A stretch of 64,000 bases of DNA, from contig CAVZDU010000002.1 in assembly GCA_963774265.1 (NCBI GenBank), positions 1 through 64,000 on the forward strand, in the 5' to 3' direction. Both the position numbers and the translations under genes were made by a program. This document shows positions 40,799 to 50,779 of this stretch, one piece after another. The notes under the pieces are model-generated. The model was not told the DNA's origin, ran no database searches, and saw only the letters and a list, made by a program, of their open reading frames with translations. Numbering within the stretch: the first letter of the stretch is position 1; each line of letters begins with the position of its first letter. This DNA is from an uncultured Chloroflexia bacterium (GTDB lineage: Bacteria; Chloroflexota; Anaerolineae; CG2-30-64-16).

Positions 40799-41539
40799 TC
40801 AGGTCTTCAGCATCGTGAGGAGACGCTTGCCGCCGATCTGGCGAAAGTTGGCGCCTTGGCTCACAGCCATGGATGCAAGGGGGATGTCATCAACCACGGT
40901 GCCTGAGATCGCGTCAATTCCGTAGTCAAAGAAGAGCGGCGTGAGTGGCGTAGTGGCTCCGAGCAGAAGAACGAATGCCTCCGGGCTACAAAGCGCAGCC
41001 AGATCCTCAAATGTGCCGTTGACGAGCGACATCCCGGTGATTGCGACGATGTCGGCCCTGGGCAGAACTTCCGGCGCAGCTGAAGCTGGCAGGTCACCGG
41101 GTCCAGGATTGAGTTCCAAAACCGAGCAGACGGCTGCAGTTTCCCGCACCTTCGGCACAAAGGGGAAATGACCGACGATGGCCACGTGCTTACCCCGGCC
41201 GCGCTCAAGGATCAACGACTCCGCGTTAATGGGCATGCAGCGACTCTGCTCGACCTGAATAAGTGAGTTGAGCGCCGCGAATCCGATGCTGCGCTCGGTG
41301 AGGCTGGGTGCTTGCATCCATGCTGTCAACTCTGAACCCCGCTTGCCGACCAACCGCCCGGCGTCTCGCACTGCGGGCTGGCCGTGCTCCAAACCGTGAA
41401 CGACCTGAGTGGATGCGAGTCCGGCACGCACCCCGGTTGGTGTCTCGATCACCACGATCGTCCAGTTCGTGCCAACTCGGATGTCAATCACACGGCCGTC
41501 GGTCTGCACGGCCGCAAGCAGTTTCTGCATCAGCGACAT
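40799..41539 (-). CDS. DUF364 (Rossmann-like, putative metal/pterin-binding) protein
   Basis: AIVGHFPF, ADIVAITGMSLVNGT, LGATTPL; GGAGG RBS before ATG 41539. Confidence 0.8.
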   Translation of the reverse strand: MSLMQKLLAAVQTDGRVIDIRVGTNWTIVVIETPTGVRAGLASTQVVHGLEHGQPAVRDAGRLVGKRGSELTAWMQAPSLTERSIGFAALNSLIQVEQSRCMPINAESLILERGRGKHVAIVGHFPFVPKVRETAAVCSVLELNPGPGDLPASAAPEVLPRADIVAITGMSLVNGTFEDLAALCSPEAFVLLLGATTPLTPLFFDYGIDAISGTVVDDIPLASMAVSQGANFRQIGGKRLLTMLKT

Positions 41540-41598
41540 GAAGAGGCCTCCTCCAGTGCGGTGTGGGGCGAAGATGTCACTTCGACGACACCAGGTGA

Positions 41599-43821
41599 TC
41601 AATCCTGGGATGCGATGGCGAGGCCGACTCGGCCCCGCTCACGGTCGATACTAATCACTACTACGTCGATCACATCGCCCACGCTGACCACGTCTTGGGG
41701 ATTGCGAACGAACCTCTTTCCCATTTTGCTTACGTGGATCAAGCCGTCTTGTTTGACGCCGATGTCTACGAAAGCGCCGAAATCGACGACGTTGCGGACA
41801 GTGCCCTTGAGAATCATGCCCTCGCGGAGGTCATCAATGCTCAAGATGTCGCGACGCAGGACCACTGCCGGCAGATCATCGCGCGGGTCACGCCCTGGAC
41901 GGAGGAGCGCATCGATGATGTCGCGAAGGGTTGGCTCGCCGATCGATAACAGCGCCGCGATGTCGCCCCACTTGCCGCCCTCCCCTTCCAATGGCAGTCC
42001 TTCCGCTGCAAGCCAGCGGAGTAGCGAATTAGGCAGATCCTTCATCCGTAAGTTCAGCCCCGCCAGTTCCAGCAGGGCCTTGGCTGCACCGTACGACTCG
42101 GGGTGGATGGTCGTGTTGTCCAACGCGTTCCGGCTGCCCGGCACGCGTAGAAAGCCGGCTGCCTGTTCGAACGCTTTAGGACCCAGTCCCTTGACCTTCT
42201 TCAAGTCGCCGCGGGACTCGAAGGGTCCATTCTCATCGCGGTGGGCGACTATGGCGCCTGCGACCCTCTTGCTGATACCCGAAATGTAACCCAGAAGGTG
42301 TGCGGACGCTGTATTTACGTCCACGCCTACGTGGTTTACCACAGACTCTACAACGGCATCCAGCGCTGCGCTTAATTTACCTTGATCCACATCGTGTTGG
42401 TAGAGTCCGACGCCGATACTCTTTGGGTCGATCTTGACCAGTTCGGCCAGGGGATCCTGGAGACGGCGGGCGATGGAGATTGCGCCACGCATTGAGACGT
42501 CCAGATCGGGAAACTCGGCGCGGGCAAGGTCGGACGCAGAATAGACGGAGGCCCCAGCTTCACTGACCATGACGTATGCCACACCGGTCGAACTTGATTT
42601 CTGCGTGTGCGCGTGATCTTTCCCGCTCTGGATCAGATTCACCACCAGGGCTTCCGTCTCCCGACTTGCAGTGCCGTTACCGATGGCAACGACGGTCACG
42701 CCGTCAGCCTCCAGTAGCCCCTCGAGAGTACGTTTCGTCTTGTCTGAGTCATTCTGCGGCGGATGTGGGTAGACAGTGGCGGTATGAAGCAACTTGCCCG
42801 TGGGGCCAACCGTCGCGATCTTGCAGCCGGTGCGAAAGCCGGGATCAATGCCCATAACCGTGCGTTCACGAAGCGGGGGTTGAAGGAGCAGGTTGCGCAG
42901 ATTGGCGGCAAAGACCTGGATTGCGTGATCATCTGCGTACTCCCCCAGTTGGCTGCTGATCTCGCGCTCGATCGACGGTCGCAGCAGGCGGTCGAAACCG
43001 TCTTCAATAGCCAGGCGCACCTGCTCTGTTGCCTTGCTCGACGGCGTGCGCGTCCACCTCCGGACGATCTGGGCGGTGATGTCCGAGTTGGGCGTTTCAA
43101 GCTCGATCTTCAGGCCACCGTCCGTTGCACCGCGAGAAATGGCGAGCCACTGGTGTGGCTGAATGGAGCGCAATGCACAGCGAAAATCGTAGTAAATACG
43201 GTAGCGGCCGGCCTTATCTGCCGTGTCGCTCGCGCGGCGACTTACTACGAAACCATCTGCGGCAAATCGCTGGCGAGTCAGCAGACGCGTATTAGGGTCG
43301 TCGTTCACCTGCTCGGCAATGATGTCCCGAGCACCTGCGAGTGCGGACTGCTCATCAGCGATGTGCTCATTGAGAAACCCCCGCGCAAGTGCCGGCGGAT
43401 CCGCATCGGCCTCCTGCGCCAGCAGTGCCTGTGCGAGAGGTTCCAGGCCGTGTTCGCGTGCCGCAGCAGCGCGTGTCTGCCGCTTTGGCTTGTAGGGCCG
43501 GTAGAGGTCCTCCAGGACTTGATGTGTTGCTGCCGCGTCCAGCGAGGCCGAGAGCTCGTCGGTAAGCTTGCCCTGCGAGGCTATCTCCTCTTTCACTGCC
43601 TCGCGGCGATCAACCAACTTGCGCAAGTACTCGAGCCGGGACTGCACCTGGCGTAACTGCACCTCGTCCAGGTTGCCAGTGGCCTCCTTGCGATAGCGTG
43701 CGACGAAAGGGATGGTGTTGCCAGCATCGAACAGGGCGATCGTGGCGCCGACGGAGTGGGCGGGGAGGGTTAGTTCCCCCGCGATGATCTCAGGGATGGT
43801 CAGCAAGATCGGGTTCCTCAC
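41599..43821 (-). CDS. tex: Tex transcription accessory protein (S1 RNA-binding)
   Basis: PFVARYRKEATG, GIDPGFRTGCK, IGNGTASRET, IGVGLYQHD, C-terminal S1 (FGAFVDIG). Confidence 0.95.
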   Translation of the reverse strand: MRNPILLTIPEIIAGELTLPAHSVGATIALFDAGNTIPFVARYRKEATGNLDEVQLRQVQSRLEYLRKLVDRREAVKEEIASQGKLTDELSASLDAAATHQVLEDLYRPYKPKRQTRAAAAREHGLEPLAQALLAQEADADPPALARGFLNEHIADEQSALAGARDIIAEQVNDDPNTRLLTRQRFAADGFVVSRRASDTADKAGRYRIYYDFRCALRSIQPHQWLAISRGATDGGLKIELETPNSDITAQIVRRWTRTPSSKATEQVRLAIEDGFDRLLRPSIEREISSQLGEYADDHAIQVFAANLRNLLLQPPLRERTVMGIDPGFRTGCKIATVGPTGKLLHTATVYPHPPQNDSDKTKRTLEGLLEADGVTVVAIGNGTASRETEALVVNLIQSGKDHAHTQKSSSTGVAYVMVSEAGASVYSASDLARAEFPDLDVSMRGAISIARRLQDPLAELVKIDPKSIGVGLYQHDVDQGKLSAALDAVVESVVNHVGVDVNTASAHLLGYISGISKRVAGAIVAHRDENGPFESRGDLKKVKGLGPKAFEQAAGFLRVPGSRNALDNTTIHPESYGAAKALLELAGLNLRMKDLPNSLLRWLAAEGLPLEGEGGKWGDIAALLSIGEPTLRDIIDALLRPGRDPRDDLPAVVLRRDILSIDDLREGMILKGTVRNVVDFGAFVDIGVKQDGLIHVSKMGKRFVRNPQDVVSVGDVIDVVVISIDRERGRVGLAIASQD

Positions 43822-46442
43822 TCACCCTTCTTGGCCCGCTGCTGCAACTCGTACAGCTTGTTCAGCGCAGCAAGCGGATTCAGGGTGTTCACGTCAAGCG
43901 ATTTCAACTCGGCGATGATCGGGTCTTCTGCGGAAAAGAGCGGCAATTGAAAGAGCATCGGTTGGCCCAAGACGGATCGGCGCGGACCGGCTGCTCCAGA
44001 AGCCTCGAGATCGGCCAGGATTTCCTGAGCTCTGGAGACGACCGGTCGCGGCAGCCCGGCAAGTTGGGCTACGTGGACGCCATAAGACCGATCCGCAGAG
44101 CCGGGGACAATCTTATGTAAAAAGACGACAGAGTCGCCCTGCTCGGCGACCGCGACATTGAAGTTCACAACATGAGGCAGCCGTTCGGCCAGGTCAGTGA
44201 GCTCATGGTAGTGCGTGGCAAAGAGGGTTTTTGCTCGCAGGCCGGGGTGGTTGTGGATGTACTCGATAACCGCCCACGCGATGGCCAGACCATCATATGT
44301 ACTGGTGCCACGACCAATTTCGTCCAAGATCAACAGGGATCGATGGGTCGCATGATGAAGGATGTTTGCCGTTTCGATCATCTCGACCATGAAGGTGGAC
44401 TGGCCGCGCGCGATCTCATCCGACGCACCAATTCGCGTGAAGATCCGATCGACCAGGCCGATGCGCGCCGAATCAGCAGGGACAAATGAACCGATCTGGG
44501 CCATGAGAACGATGGTTGCGACCTGCCGGATCCAGGTGGACTTGCCTGCCATATTCGGTCCAGTGAGAACCACAATGGCCTGGTCTGACGAGAGATAGGC
44601 GTCATTGGGCGTAAACGGCGCACCATCATGAAGTAATCGCTCGACCACCGGGTGGCGGCCGCCGCGGATGTCGATCACGCCATCTTCCGTCAACACTGGG
44701 CGCGCGTAACGGTTAACCTCCGCGATCTCAGCCAGGGTCGAAAACACATCCAGCTCGCTCACTCCAGCAGCGGTCGCCAGGAGGCGTGGGGCCGCTGCCG
44801 CCACCTGTGCCAACACATCCCGATAGATTTGACCTTCCAACTCAAGGATGCGTTCCTCCGCATTCAGGACGAGCGACTCATACTCCTTGAGTTCAGGCGT
44901 GATATAGCGTTCCACGTTGACGAGGGTCTGCTTACGGATGTAATCCTGAGGTGCAAGGGCTGCATTTGCCTGGGTGATCTCGATATAGTAGCCAAAAACC
45001 CGGTTGTAACCCACCTTTAGCGACTTGATACCTGTGCGTTGGCGTTCCACGGTCTCCAGATTCGCAATCCACGCCTTCGCGTCGCGGGTCGCCAAATGGA
45101 TGCCGTCGAGCTCGGCGGCAAACCCGGGTCGGATAATCCCGGCCGTCACACGGGTAGACGGCGGCTCGTCCGTGATCGCTTTCCACAGGAGCTGCGCCAG
45201 GTCGGGGCAGGCATCGAGCGTGTCCGGACGGCCCAATTGGGAAGCGAGCGCAGCCAGCTTCTCGACGCGGCCGAGGGCTTCACGTATGCCGATCAAATCA
45301 CGAGGTTGCGCGCTGCCCTGCACACAGCGATTTGTCCAGCGTTCTAAATCACCGAGTCCACGCAGAGTCTCGCGCAATTCGGCGCGAAGCAGAGCGTCGC
45401 GCTGCCAGGCTGCTATGGCATCCAGCCGGAACTCCAGCGCACGACTATTCAGCAGAGGCTGCCCCAGCCAGCGTCGGAGGAGCCGTCCCCCCATCGGCGT
45501 CAGCGTGGCATCGAGCACGCCTAACAGCGAACCATGTGCGGACCCGCCGCGAATGCTCTCAGTCAACTCCAGGTTGCGCCGCGTGGTCTCATCCAAGGTC
45601 ATGAATTCGCCAACGCTATAAGTATGCAAGCCAACCAGTTGCGGTAGGCCCTCTTTCTGGGTCTCCTGCAAATACTGCAGGAGCGCTCCCGCAGCGACGA
45701 CAGCCAGCGGCTTGTCTTCGCACCCGTATCCTTCCAACGACGCGGCGCCGAAGTGTTCCAGAAGCGCCGATCGCGCGGTGCTCTCTTCAAAACGCCAGGA
45801 TGCGTAGGGAGTCACCTGGTAGCCCTGTAGGATTGACCGCAGGGGATCGGCGGCGGTGGTGCTACCGGCATCGCTAGCTTCTCGGCGTGTCCAGCGCGGG
45901 TCTTTGGCGGCATACAGCACCTCAGCGGGAGCTAGTCGGCTCAATTCCTCCCCCACTCGCCGCAAAACATCGCTGCCGTCAGTCAGTTCGGTTACAGCGA
46001 ACTCGCCAGTGCTGATGTCAGCAAAAGCCAATCCAGCCGCCAGTGGACCGAGCGCTAACGCAGCGACGTAGTTATTGCGCTTTTCAGATAGCAGTTCTGG
46101 TTCGATAAGCGTGCCTGCTGAAATGACGCGACGTACAAAGCGGGGAACCAGCTTCTCCCCTTTTGGAGGTTCGTTGCCGATTTGCTCTGCAATGGCTACA
46201 CGATATCCCGCCCCAATTAGCCTCGCGATGTAGCCATCAATGGCATGATAGGGCACCCCTGCGAGAGGCACGCGTTCGTCGCCGCCAACGGGTCGGGATG
46301 TCAGCACGACATCACAGACACTCGACACGATCTTGGCGTCGTCATCGAATGTCTCGTAGAAGTCGCCGAGCCGGAAGAGAAGAATGATATCAGGATATTG
46401 TTTCTTCAGCGCCAGGTACTGGCCGCGCATGGGTGTGGTCAT
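43818..46442 (-). CDS. mutS: DNA mismatch repair protein MutS
   Basis: FRLGDFYE, TGPNMAGKST, STFMVEM, DEIGRGT, SYGVHVA. Confidence 0.97.
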   Translation of the reverse strand: MTTPMRGQYLALKKQYPDIILLFRLGDFYETFDDDAKIVSSVCDVVLTSRPVGGDERVPLAGVPYHAIDGYIARLIGAGYRVAIAEQIGNEPPKGEKLVPRFVRRVISAGTLIEPELLSEKRNNYVAALALGPLAAGLAFADISTGEFAVTELTDGSDVLRRVGEELSRLAPAEVLYAAKDPRWTRREASDAGSTTAADPLRSILQGYQVTPYASWRFEESTARSALLEHFGAASLEGYGCEDKPLAVVAAGALLQYLQETQKEGLPQLVGLHTYSVGEFMTLDETTRRNLELTESIRGGSAHGSLLGVLDATLTPMGGRLLRRWLGQPLLNSRALEFRLDAIAAWQRDALLRAELRETLRGLGDLERWTNRCVQGSAQPRDLIGIREALGRVEKLAALASQLGRPDTLDACPDLAQLLWKAITDEPPSTRVTAGIIRPGFAAELDGIHLATRDAKAWIANLETVERQRTGIKSLKVGYNRVFGYYIEITQANAALAPQDYIRKQTLVNVERYITPELKEYESLVLNAEERILELEGQIYRDVLAQVAAAAPRLLATAAGVSELDVFSTLAEIAEVNRYARPVLTEDGVIDIRGGRHPVVERLLHDGAPFTPNDAYLSSDQAIVVLTGPNMAGKSTWIRQVATIVLMAQIGSFVPADSARIGLVDRIFTRIGASDEIARGQSTFMVEMIETANILHHATHRSLLILDEIGRGTSTYDGLAIAWAVIEYIHNHPGLRAKTLFATHYHELTDLAERLPHVVNFNVAVAEQGDSVVFLHKIVPGSADRSYGVHVAQLAGLPRPVVSRAQEILADLEASGAAGPRRSVLGQPMLFQLPLFSAEDPIIAELKSLDVNTLNPLAALNKLYELQQRAKKGE

Positions 46443-46513
46443 GGGATAGGATTATATATGAGGTTGAGGCCGGCCGCGAAAAGGAACGGACCGATGCCAT
46501 CCCCAGTGCCCGC

Positions 46514-47791
46514 CTAAAGTAGCCATTCAACGAGTCGATCCCAGCCCGTCCGTTGAGCGAACAGCAGTGAACGATAAGCCTTCATCGCTTCTTCTCGTCG
46601 CGTCGGGGTCAGCATGCGAGGGAGAAAGACCGACAAACCAGTCGCGCGCTCGTAGGAAGGCAAATAGCCAACACGCAAAACGGGACCATCTGGACCGCGG
46701 CTTTCAACATGGTCACGCAGCGCTTCTGCAATGGCCTTGACGCGCTTGGCGTTGCGATGGATATTCCAGGTCGACTCAATGGCCAGCGCTGCAGCAAACG
46801 AGCCCAGATCACGGTAGTTGCGATCCTGAAAAACAAGGGCCTGGTCCGCCGCTCGCTGGGCCATGTTGCGCAACAAAGGGGCAGGATCCATGAGAAGGGC
46901 GTCAACCAGCTCCCTGGCCAGCGCTTCGGTAAACTCGGTCCGAGCTGTCACAATGGCGGACTGGGTAACCGTGTCAGCAGACCGCGTCCTGCCACCATAG
47001 CTCCTGGCATACTCATCTACAATGAGTTCAGCCAGTGTTTCGCCGCCCACCTTGGGTTGTGCATTGATGGCCTTAAGGATGGCAGCGTATGGCCAGCCGT
47101 CCATGGGCTCAACTTCCTGCGAGGCGACGAAATAGTCGCTGAAAGGCGCCAACTCGCGCGCCCCCTCGATCATGGCCATCAGGCAAGCATCCATGCCGAT
47201 CAGATCAAGCCGGCGGCCGGTCGCGTCGCCGGCATCAGACAATGCCCAGCGCATATCCTGCGTATCCAAGAAGTCCTTGCTCGAATCATCAAAAGCGATT
47301 GGGCGGGTCTTTTCGCCGCCCGCTATGCGTCGAGGCGTGGAGCGAAAAATCGGTTGATGCGTGGGGCCTGTTGACGCGGATCGGACGCCGGCATATATGT
47401 CAACATCCAGCCAGCCCAGACCATGGTTCCAGAAGATCAGGGCATAGTGATCGGCCGGATAGTCTCTGACAGAACGAATGATGAAGTTGCGCAGGTTCTG
47501 GGGGTCGCCCATGTTGACCTCCCCCATTGGCTGGACGATGCTGTTCGACATGCCGTTGCCCTTACGCACCTCGACGAGGTAGGAACTTTGCAGCGTGTCG
47601 AACAGGCATGTCACCGCGCACGCGTCCGTTGTGCCGACCTGACCCATCTTCCAGAGGTCCTTATATCCGGCTGAGGTCATTTCGGCCATTAGGCGCACCG
47701 GACCGGCGCTTGTGTTGAAAACCTTGCCGTTATCGCCGGCCATGTAGACCATGATCGTCCATGGACGTTGTTTGGGGGTGACTGAATTCAT
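46514..47791 (-). CDS. Clostripain-family (C11) cysteine peptidase without a signal peptide
   Basis: WTIMVYMAGDN, EVNMGDP, YPADHYALIFWNHGLG, GMDACLM, ASQE..P..GWPY. Confidence 0.88.
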   Translation of the reverse strand: MNSVTPKQRPWTIMVYMAGDNGKVFNTSAGPVRLMAEMTSAGYKDLWKMGQVGTTDACAVTCLFDTLQSSYLVEVRKGNGMSNSIVQPMGEVNMGDPQNLRNFIIRSVRDYPADHYALIFWNHGLGWLDVDIYAGVRSASTGPTHQPIFRSTPRRIAGGEKTRPIAFDDSSKDFLDTQDMRWALSDAGDATGRRLDLIGMDACLMAMIEGARELAPFSDYFVASQEVEPMDGWPYAAILKAINAQPKVGGETLAELIVDEYARSYGGRTRSADTVTQSAIVTARTEFTEALARELVDALLMDPAPLLRNMAQRAADQALVFQDRNYRDLGSFAAALAIESTWNIHRNAKRVKAIAEALRDHVESRGPDGPVLRVGYLPSYERATGLSVFLPRMLTPTRREEAMKAYRSLLFAQRTGWDRLVEWLL

Positions 47792-47917
47792 GCGCTCCTC
47801 CGTCAGCCTGTTAAGCTGCAGGTATTGTAGCGCACAGCGGGGCTAAAAGTCAATAGCATTTATTAGTGAAGCTAGACCGGCAGCCTGTGTCATTGGAGGC
47901 CTGCCGGCCTAATTCCA

Positions 47918-49765
47918 CTATTCCACTGTCACACTCTTCGCAAGATTGCGGGGCTGATCGACGTCGGCGCCCCGGCGCACCGCTATGTAGTAAGCCAGCA
48001 GCTGCAACGGAATCACAGTAAGCACCGGAGTGAGCATCTCAGAAGTGCGCGGAATTGTGATGACGTGCTGCGCCTTGCTCGCGATAAAGTCATCGCCCTC
48101 ACTGGCGATTGCGATGACGATGCCGCCGCGAGCACGCACCTGCTCCACCTGGCTAATCATTTTGTCATACACCCGGCCCTGCGGCGCGACCACAACCACC
48201 GGCATGTGCTCATCGATGAGCGCGATGGGGCCATGCTTCATCTCACCGGCCGGGTAACCCTCCGCATGGATGTAGCTTATCTCCTTCAGTTTCAACGCAC
48301 CTTCAAGCGCGATTGGAAAGTTGAGGCCACGGCCCAGATACAAGAAGTTGGTGTAGTGGAAGAATGTCTGCGCTAGCTTCTCGTACTGCGCGACGTTTGT
48401 TCCGTCAAGAATCTGCCCAACAAGGTTCGGCAGCTGCGCGAGATCATCCAGGAGAGCCCGTCGTTGATCGCGGTTCAATGTCCCCCGCAGCGTGCCGAGT
48501 TGCACCGCAAACAGGTATTGATCGACAAGCGAGGCGGTGAACGCCTTGGTTGATGCCACGCCAATCTCCGGGCCAGTGTGCATGTAAATAACGCTGTCGC
48601 TGACCCGCGCTGCCTGGCTGCCGATTACGTTGACGATGGAAGCCAAGTGTGCGCCGTGAGACTTGCCCTCCTCCATCGCTGCCAACGTATCGACGGTCTC
48701 GCCTGATTGCGTGACCGCGAGCATAAGTGAGCGCTTGTCGAGCACCGGATCACGATAGCGAAACTCCGAAGCGTACTCCACGCGCACGGGCACCCGCGCC
48801 AGTTGCTCGAACATGAACGCGCCCACGAGCTCAGAATGGTAAGAAGTGCCGCACGCGACGGACACAAGCTGCGTTATGTCACGTGCTTCTTCTTCGGTCA
48901 GCACCATCTGCTCAAGGTAGACCTCCCCCTGCGCCAGGTCCACCCGGCCACGAATGGTGTCTGTGAGGGAGTTGGCCTGCTCGAAAATCTCCTTCTGCAT
49001 GAAATGCTTGTAGTTGCCCTTGGCCGCCGACATCGGATCCCACGAGACTGTATGCACCGTCGGCTGAATAGGCTTGCCATCCAGCGTAGAGAAGGTCGCG
49101 CCCTCTCTCGTGACCACGGCCATTTGGCGGCTCTCCAAAAAGACCATGCGCCGTGTGTGGTCCAGGATAGCGGGCATGTCAGATGCGATGAACATTTCTC
49201 CTTCGCCGTAGCCGATGGCAACGCCGCCAGCGGCGCCAAGCCGCGCGGCAATCAACATGTCCGGCTCATGTCTGGAAAGCGCGACAATTGCGCTAGGTCC
49301 CCGTAGCTGCGCCAAGGCCTGGCGAACCGCGGCTTCCAGAGTACAATCATCCTGGTAGTAGAGGCCGATAAGGTGAGCGATGACTTCCGTGTCGGTCTCC
49401 GAACGAAATTTAATACCCTCGGCCTCCAACTCGGCGCGTAATTCGCGGAAGTTCTCGACGATGCCGTTTTGGACCACAACCAGGCGCCCAGAATAGTCGG
49501 CATGTGGGTGAGCATTTCGCTCGCTCGGTTTGCCGTGGGTAGCCCACCGCGTATGCCCAACGCCGATACTGCCGCTCAGAGGATTCTGGTCGAGGCTTTT
49601 CGCCAGATTGCTGAGCTTGCCGACGTCTCGGCGAACGATTATTTCGCCATCGCTGATAGTAGCTATTCCGGCCGAGTCATATCCACGATATTCCAGCCGT
49701 CGCAAGCCTTCGAGTATGATCTCGGCAGCATTGCGCGGACCGATATAACCGACGATCCCACACAT
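47918..49765 (-). CDS. glmS: Glutamine-fructose-6-phosphate transaminase
   Basis: MCGIVG, LEYRGYDSAG, HTRWATHG, EGYPAGEMKHGP, NLAKSVTVE. Confidence 0.98.
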   Translation of the reverse strand: MCGIVGYIGPRNAAEIILEGLRRLEYRGYDSAGIATISDGEIIVRRDVGKLSNLAKSLDQNPLSGSIGVGHTRWATHGKPSERNAHPHADYSGRLVVVQNGIVENFRELRAELEAEGIKFRSETDTEVIAHLIGLYYQDDCTLEAAVRQALAQLRGPSAIVALSRHEPDMLIAARLGAAGGVAIGYGEGEMFIASDMPAILDHTRRMVFLESRQMAVVTREGATFSTLDGKPIQPTVHTVSWDPMSAAKGNYKHFMQKEIFEQANSLTDTIRGRVDLAQGEVYLEQMVLTEEEARDITQLVSVACGTSYHSELVGAFMFEQLARVPVRVEYASEFRYRDPVLDKRSLMLAVTQSGETVDTLAAMEEGKSHGAHLASIVNVIGSQAARVSDSVIYMHTGPEIGVASTKAFTASLVDQYLFAVQLGTLRGTLNRDQRRALLDDLAQLPNLVGQILDGTNVAQYEKLAQTFFHYTNFLYLGRGLNFPIALEGALKLKEISYIHAEGYPAGEMKHGPIALIDEHMPVVVVAPQGRVYDKMISQVEQVRARGGIVIAIASEGDDFIASKAQHVITIPRTSEMLTPVLTVIPLQLLAYYIAVRRGADVDQPRNLAKSVTVE

Positions 49766-49825
49766 GGGTGTTCCCTCCGATTTACTATTTCAACCGGTAT
49801 TTGAGTACGGAGAGGAGAGAACGAA

Positions 49826-49972
49826 GGGCGCAGGTGGTTGGGGCCGTGCAAACCTGGAGGCATCCGCCGATCTGATCGATTTTCCCCTGCAAATGCACAG
49901 GGTTAGCGCCCACCTCGCGGTGGGGAACCTCCGCCTCGTCAACGCGCACAAGTGTGCTCGTCCGGGCGCTGT
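49826..49972 (-). ncRNA. glmS ribozyme (GlcN6P-activated), atypical with a 46-nt internal insert
   Basis: AGCGCCCGGAC (from 49970), P1, GUUGACGAGG, GGAGGU, insert, AUCGAUCAGAUCGGCGGAUGCCUCC, then GGUU-UGCAC-GGCC; lies in the glmS 5' UTR. Confidence 0.88.
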
Positions 49973-50019
49973 GTCTCTCCCGTTCTTAGCGCGTTTGGGT
50001 CAGGCGCCTCCTTTCGTCC

Positions 50020-50775
50020 CTAGAAGAACTCCAGCCAGCGGTCCGCAGTGCTGTTCATGTCGGCGTATGCGCCCCGCATTTCCGCCGGCAGACACTGAGC
50101 GAGTTGAGTCATGGCCTCATCGGTCATTTCGCGCAGCGTTTCTCGGCCCGACCGACCATCGGGGAAGACGACCAGGCCATCCTCTCCACGAGGCCAGCGG
50201 TAGCGAAACGGACGGCCATAGGTGATGACCGCCGTAGGCCGATTGACGAGTGGGATATGCCATCGGAAAGAAGGGGTACCGGTAACCGCGGCAGGAATCA
50301 ACCAGCAATCAGGAGCCTGGCGTGCCACAAACGCGAGGCCTTCTTTAGCGGTGAGCAGGCGTCCGTCCAGGCTGCGGGTGCCTTCAGGCGAAATGACCGA
50401 AATATCGCCCTCCCGCAATATCTCCCAGGTTGCCTTGAGCGCCGCTCGATCCACAGTCCCGCGCGTGATGAAGATGACGTGGTAGCCTTTGAGAAGCCAC
50501 CCAACCACTGGCCATCGACTTGCTTCGATCTTAGTGAGTGGGACGGCGTAACGGTGAAGCTGCCCACAAATGATGACCGGATCAAGCCAGTGGATATGGT
50601 TGTAGTAGATAATGCCCGCGCCCACTTTGGGCACGCGCGACTCTCCCCGCACTTCTACTCTGATAAACAGCCAAATCAGGAAACGCAGGATCGCGCCGAA
50701 AAAGCGGCGTCCCAGGGGGATTGAACGTCTCCGACCTGAGGCCGTTTCTTCGCTGGTTGCTGAAGCGGCTCCCAT
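50020..50775 (-). CDS. 1-acyl-sn-glycerol-3-phosphate acyltransferase (PlsC family)
   Basis: NHIHWLD (HX4D), SPEGTRS. Confidence 0.88.
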   Translation of the reverse strand: MGAASATSEETASGRRRSIPLGRRFFGAILRFLIWLFIRVEVRGESRVPKVGAGIIYYNHIHWLDPVIICGQLHRYAVPLTKIEASRWPVVGWLLKGYHVIFITRGTVDRAALKATWEILREGDISVISPEGTRSLDGRLLTAKEGLAFVARQAPDCWLIPAAVTGTPSFRWHIPLVNRPTAVITYGRPFRYRWPRGEDGLVVFPDGRSGRETLREMTDEAMTQLAQCLPAEMRGAYADMNSTADRWLEFF

Positions 50776-50779
50776 CTTG

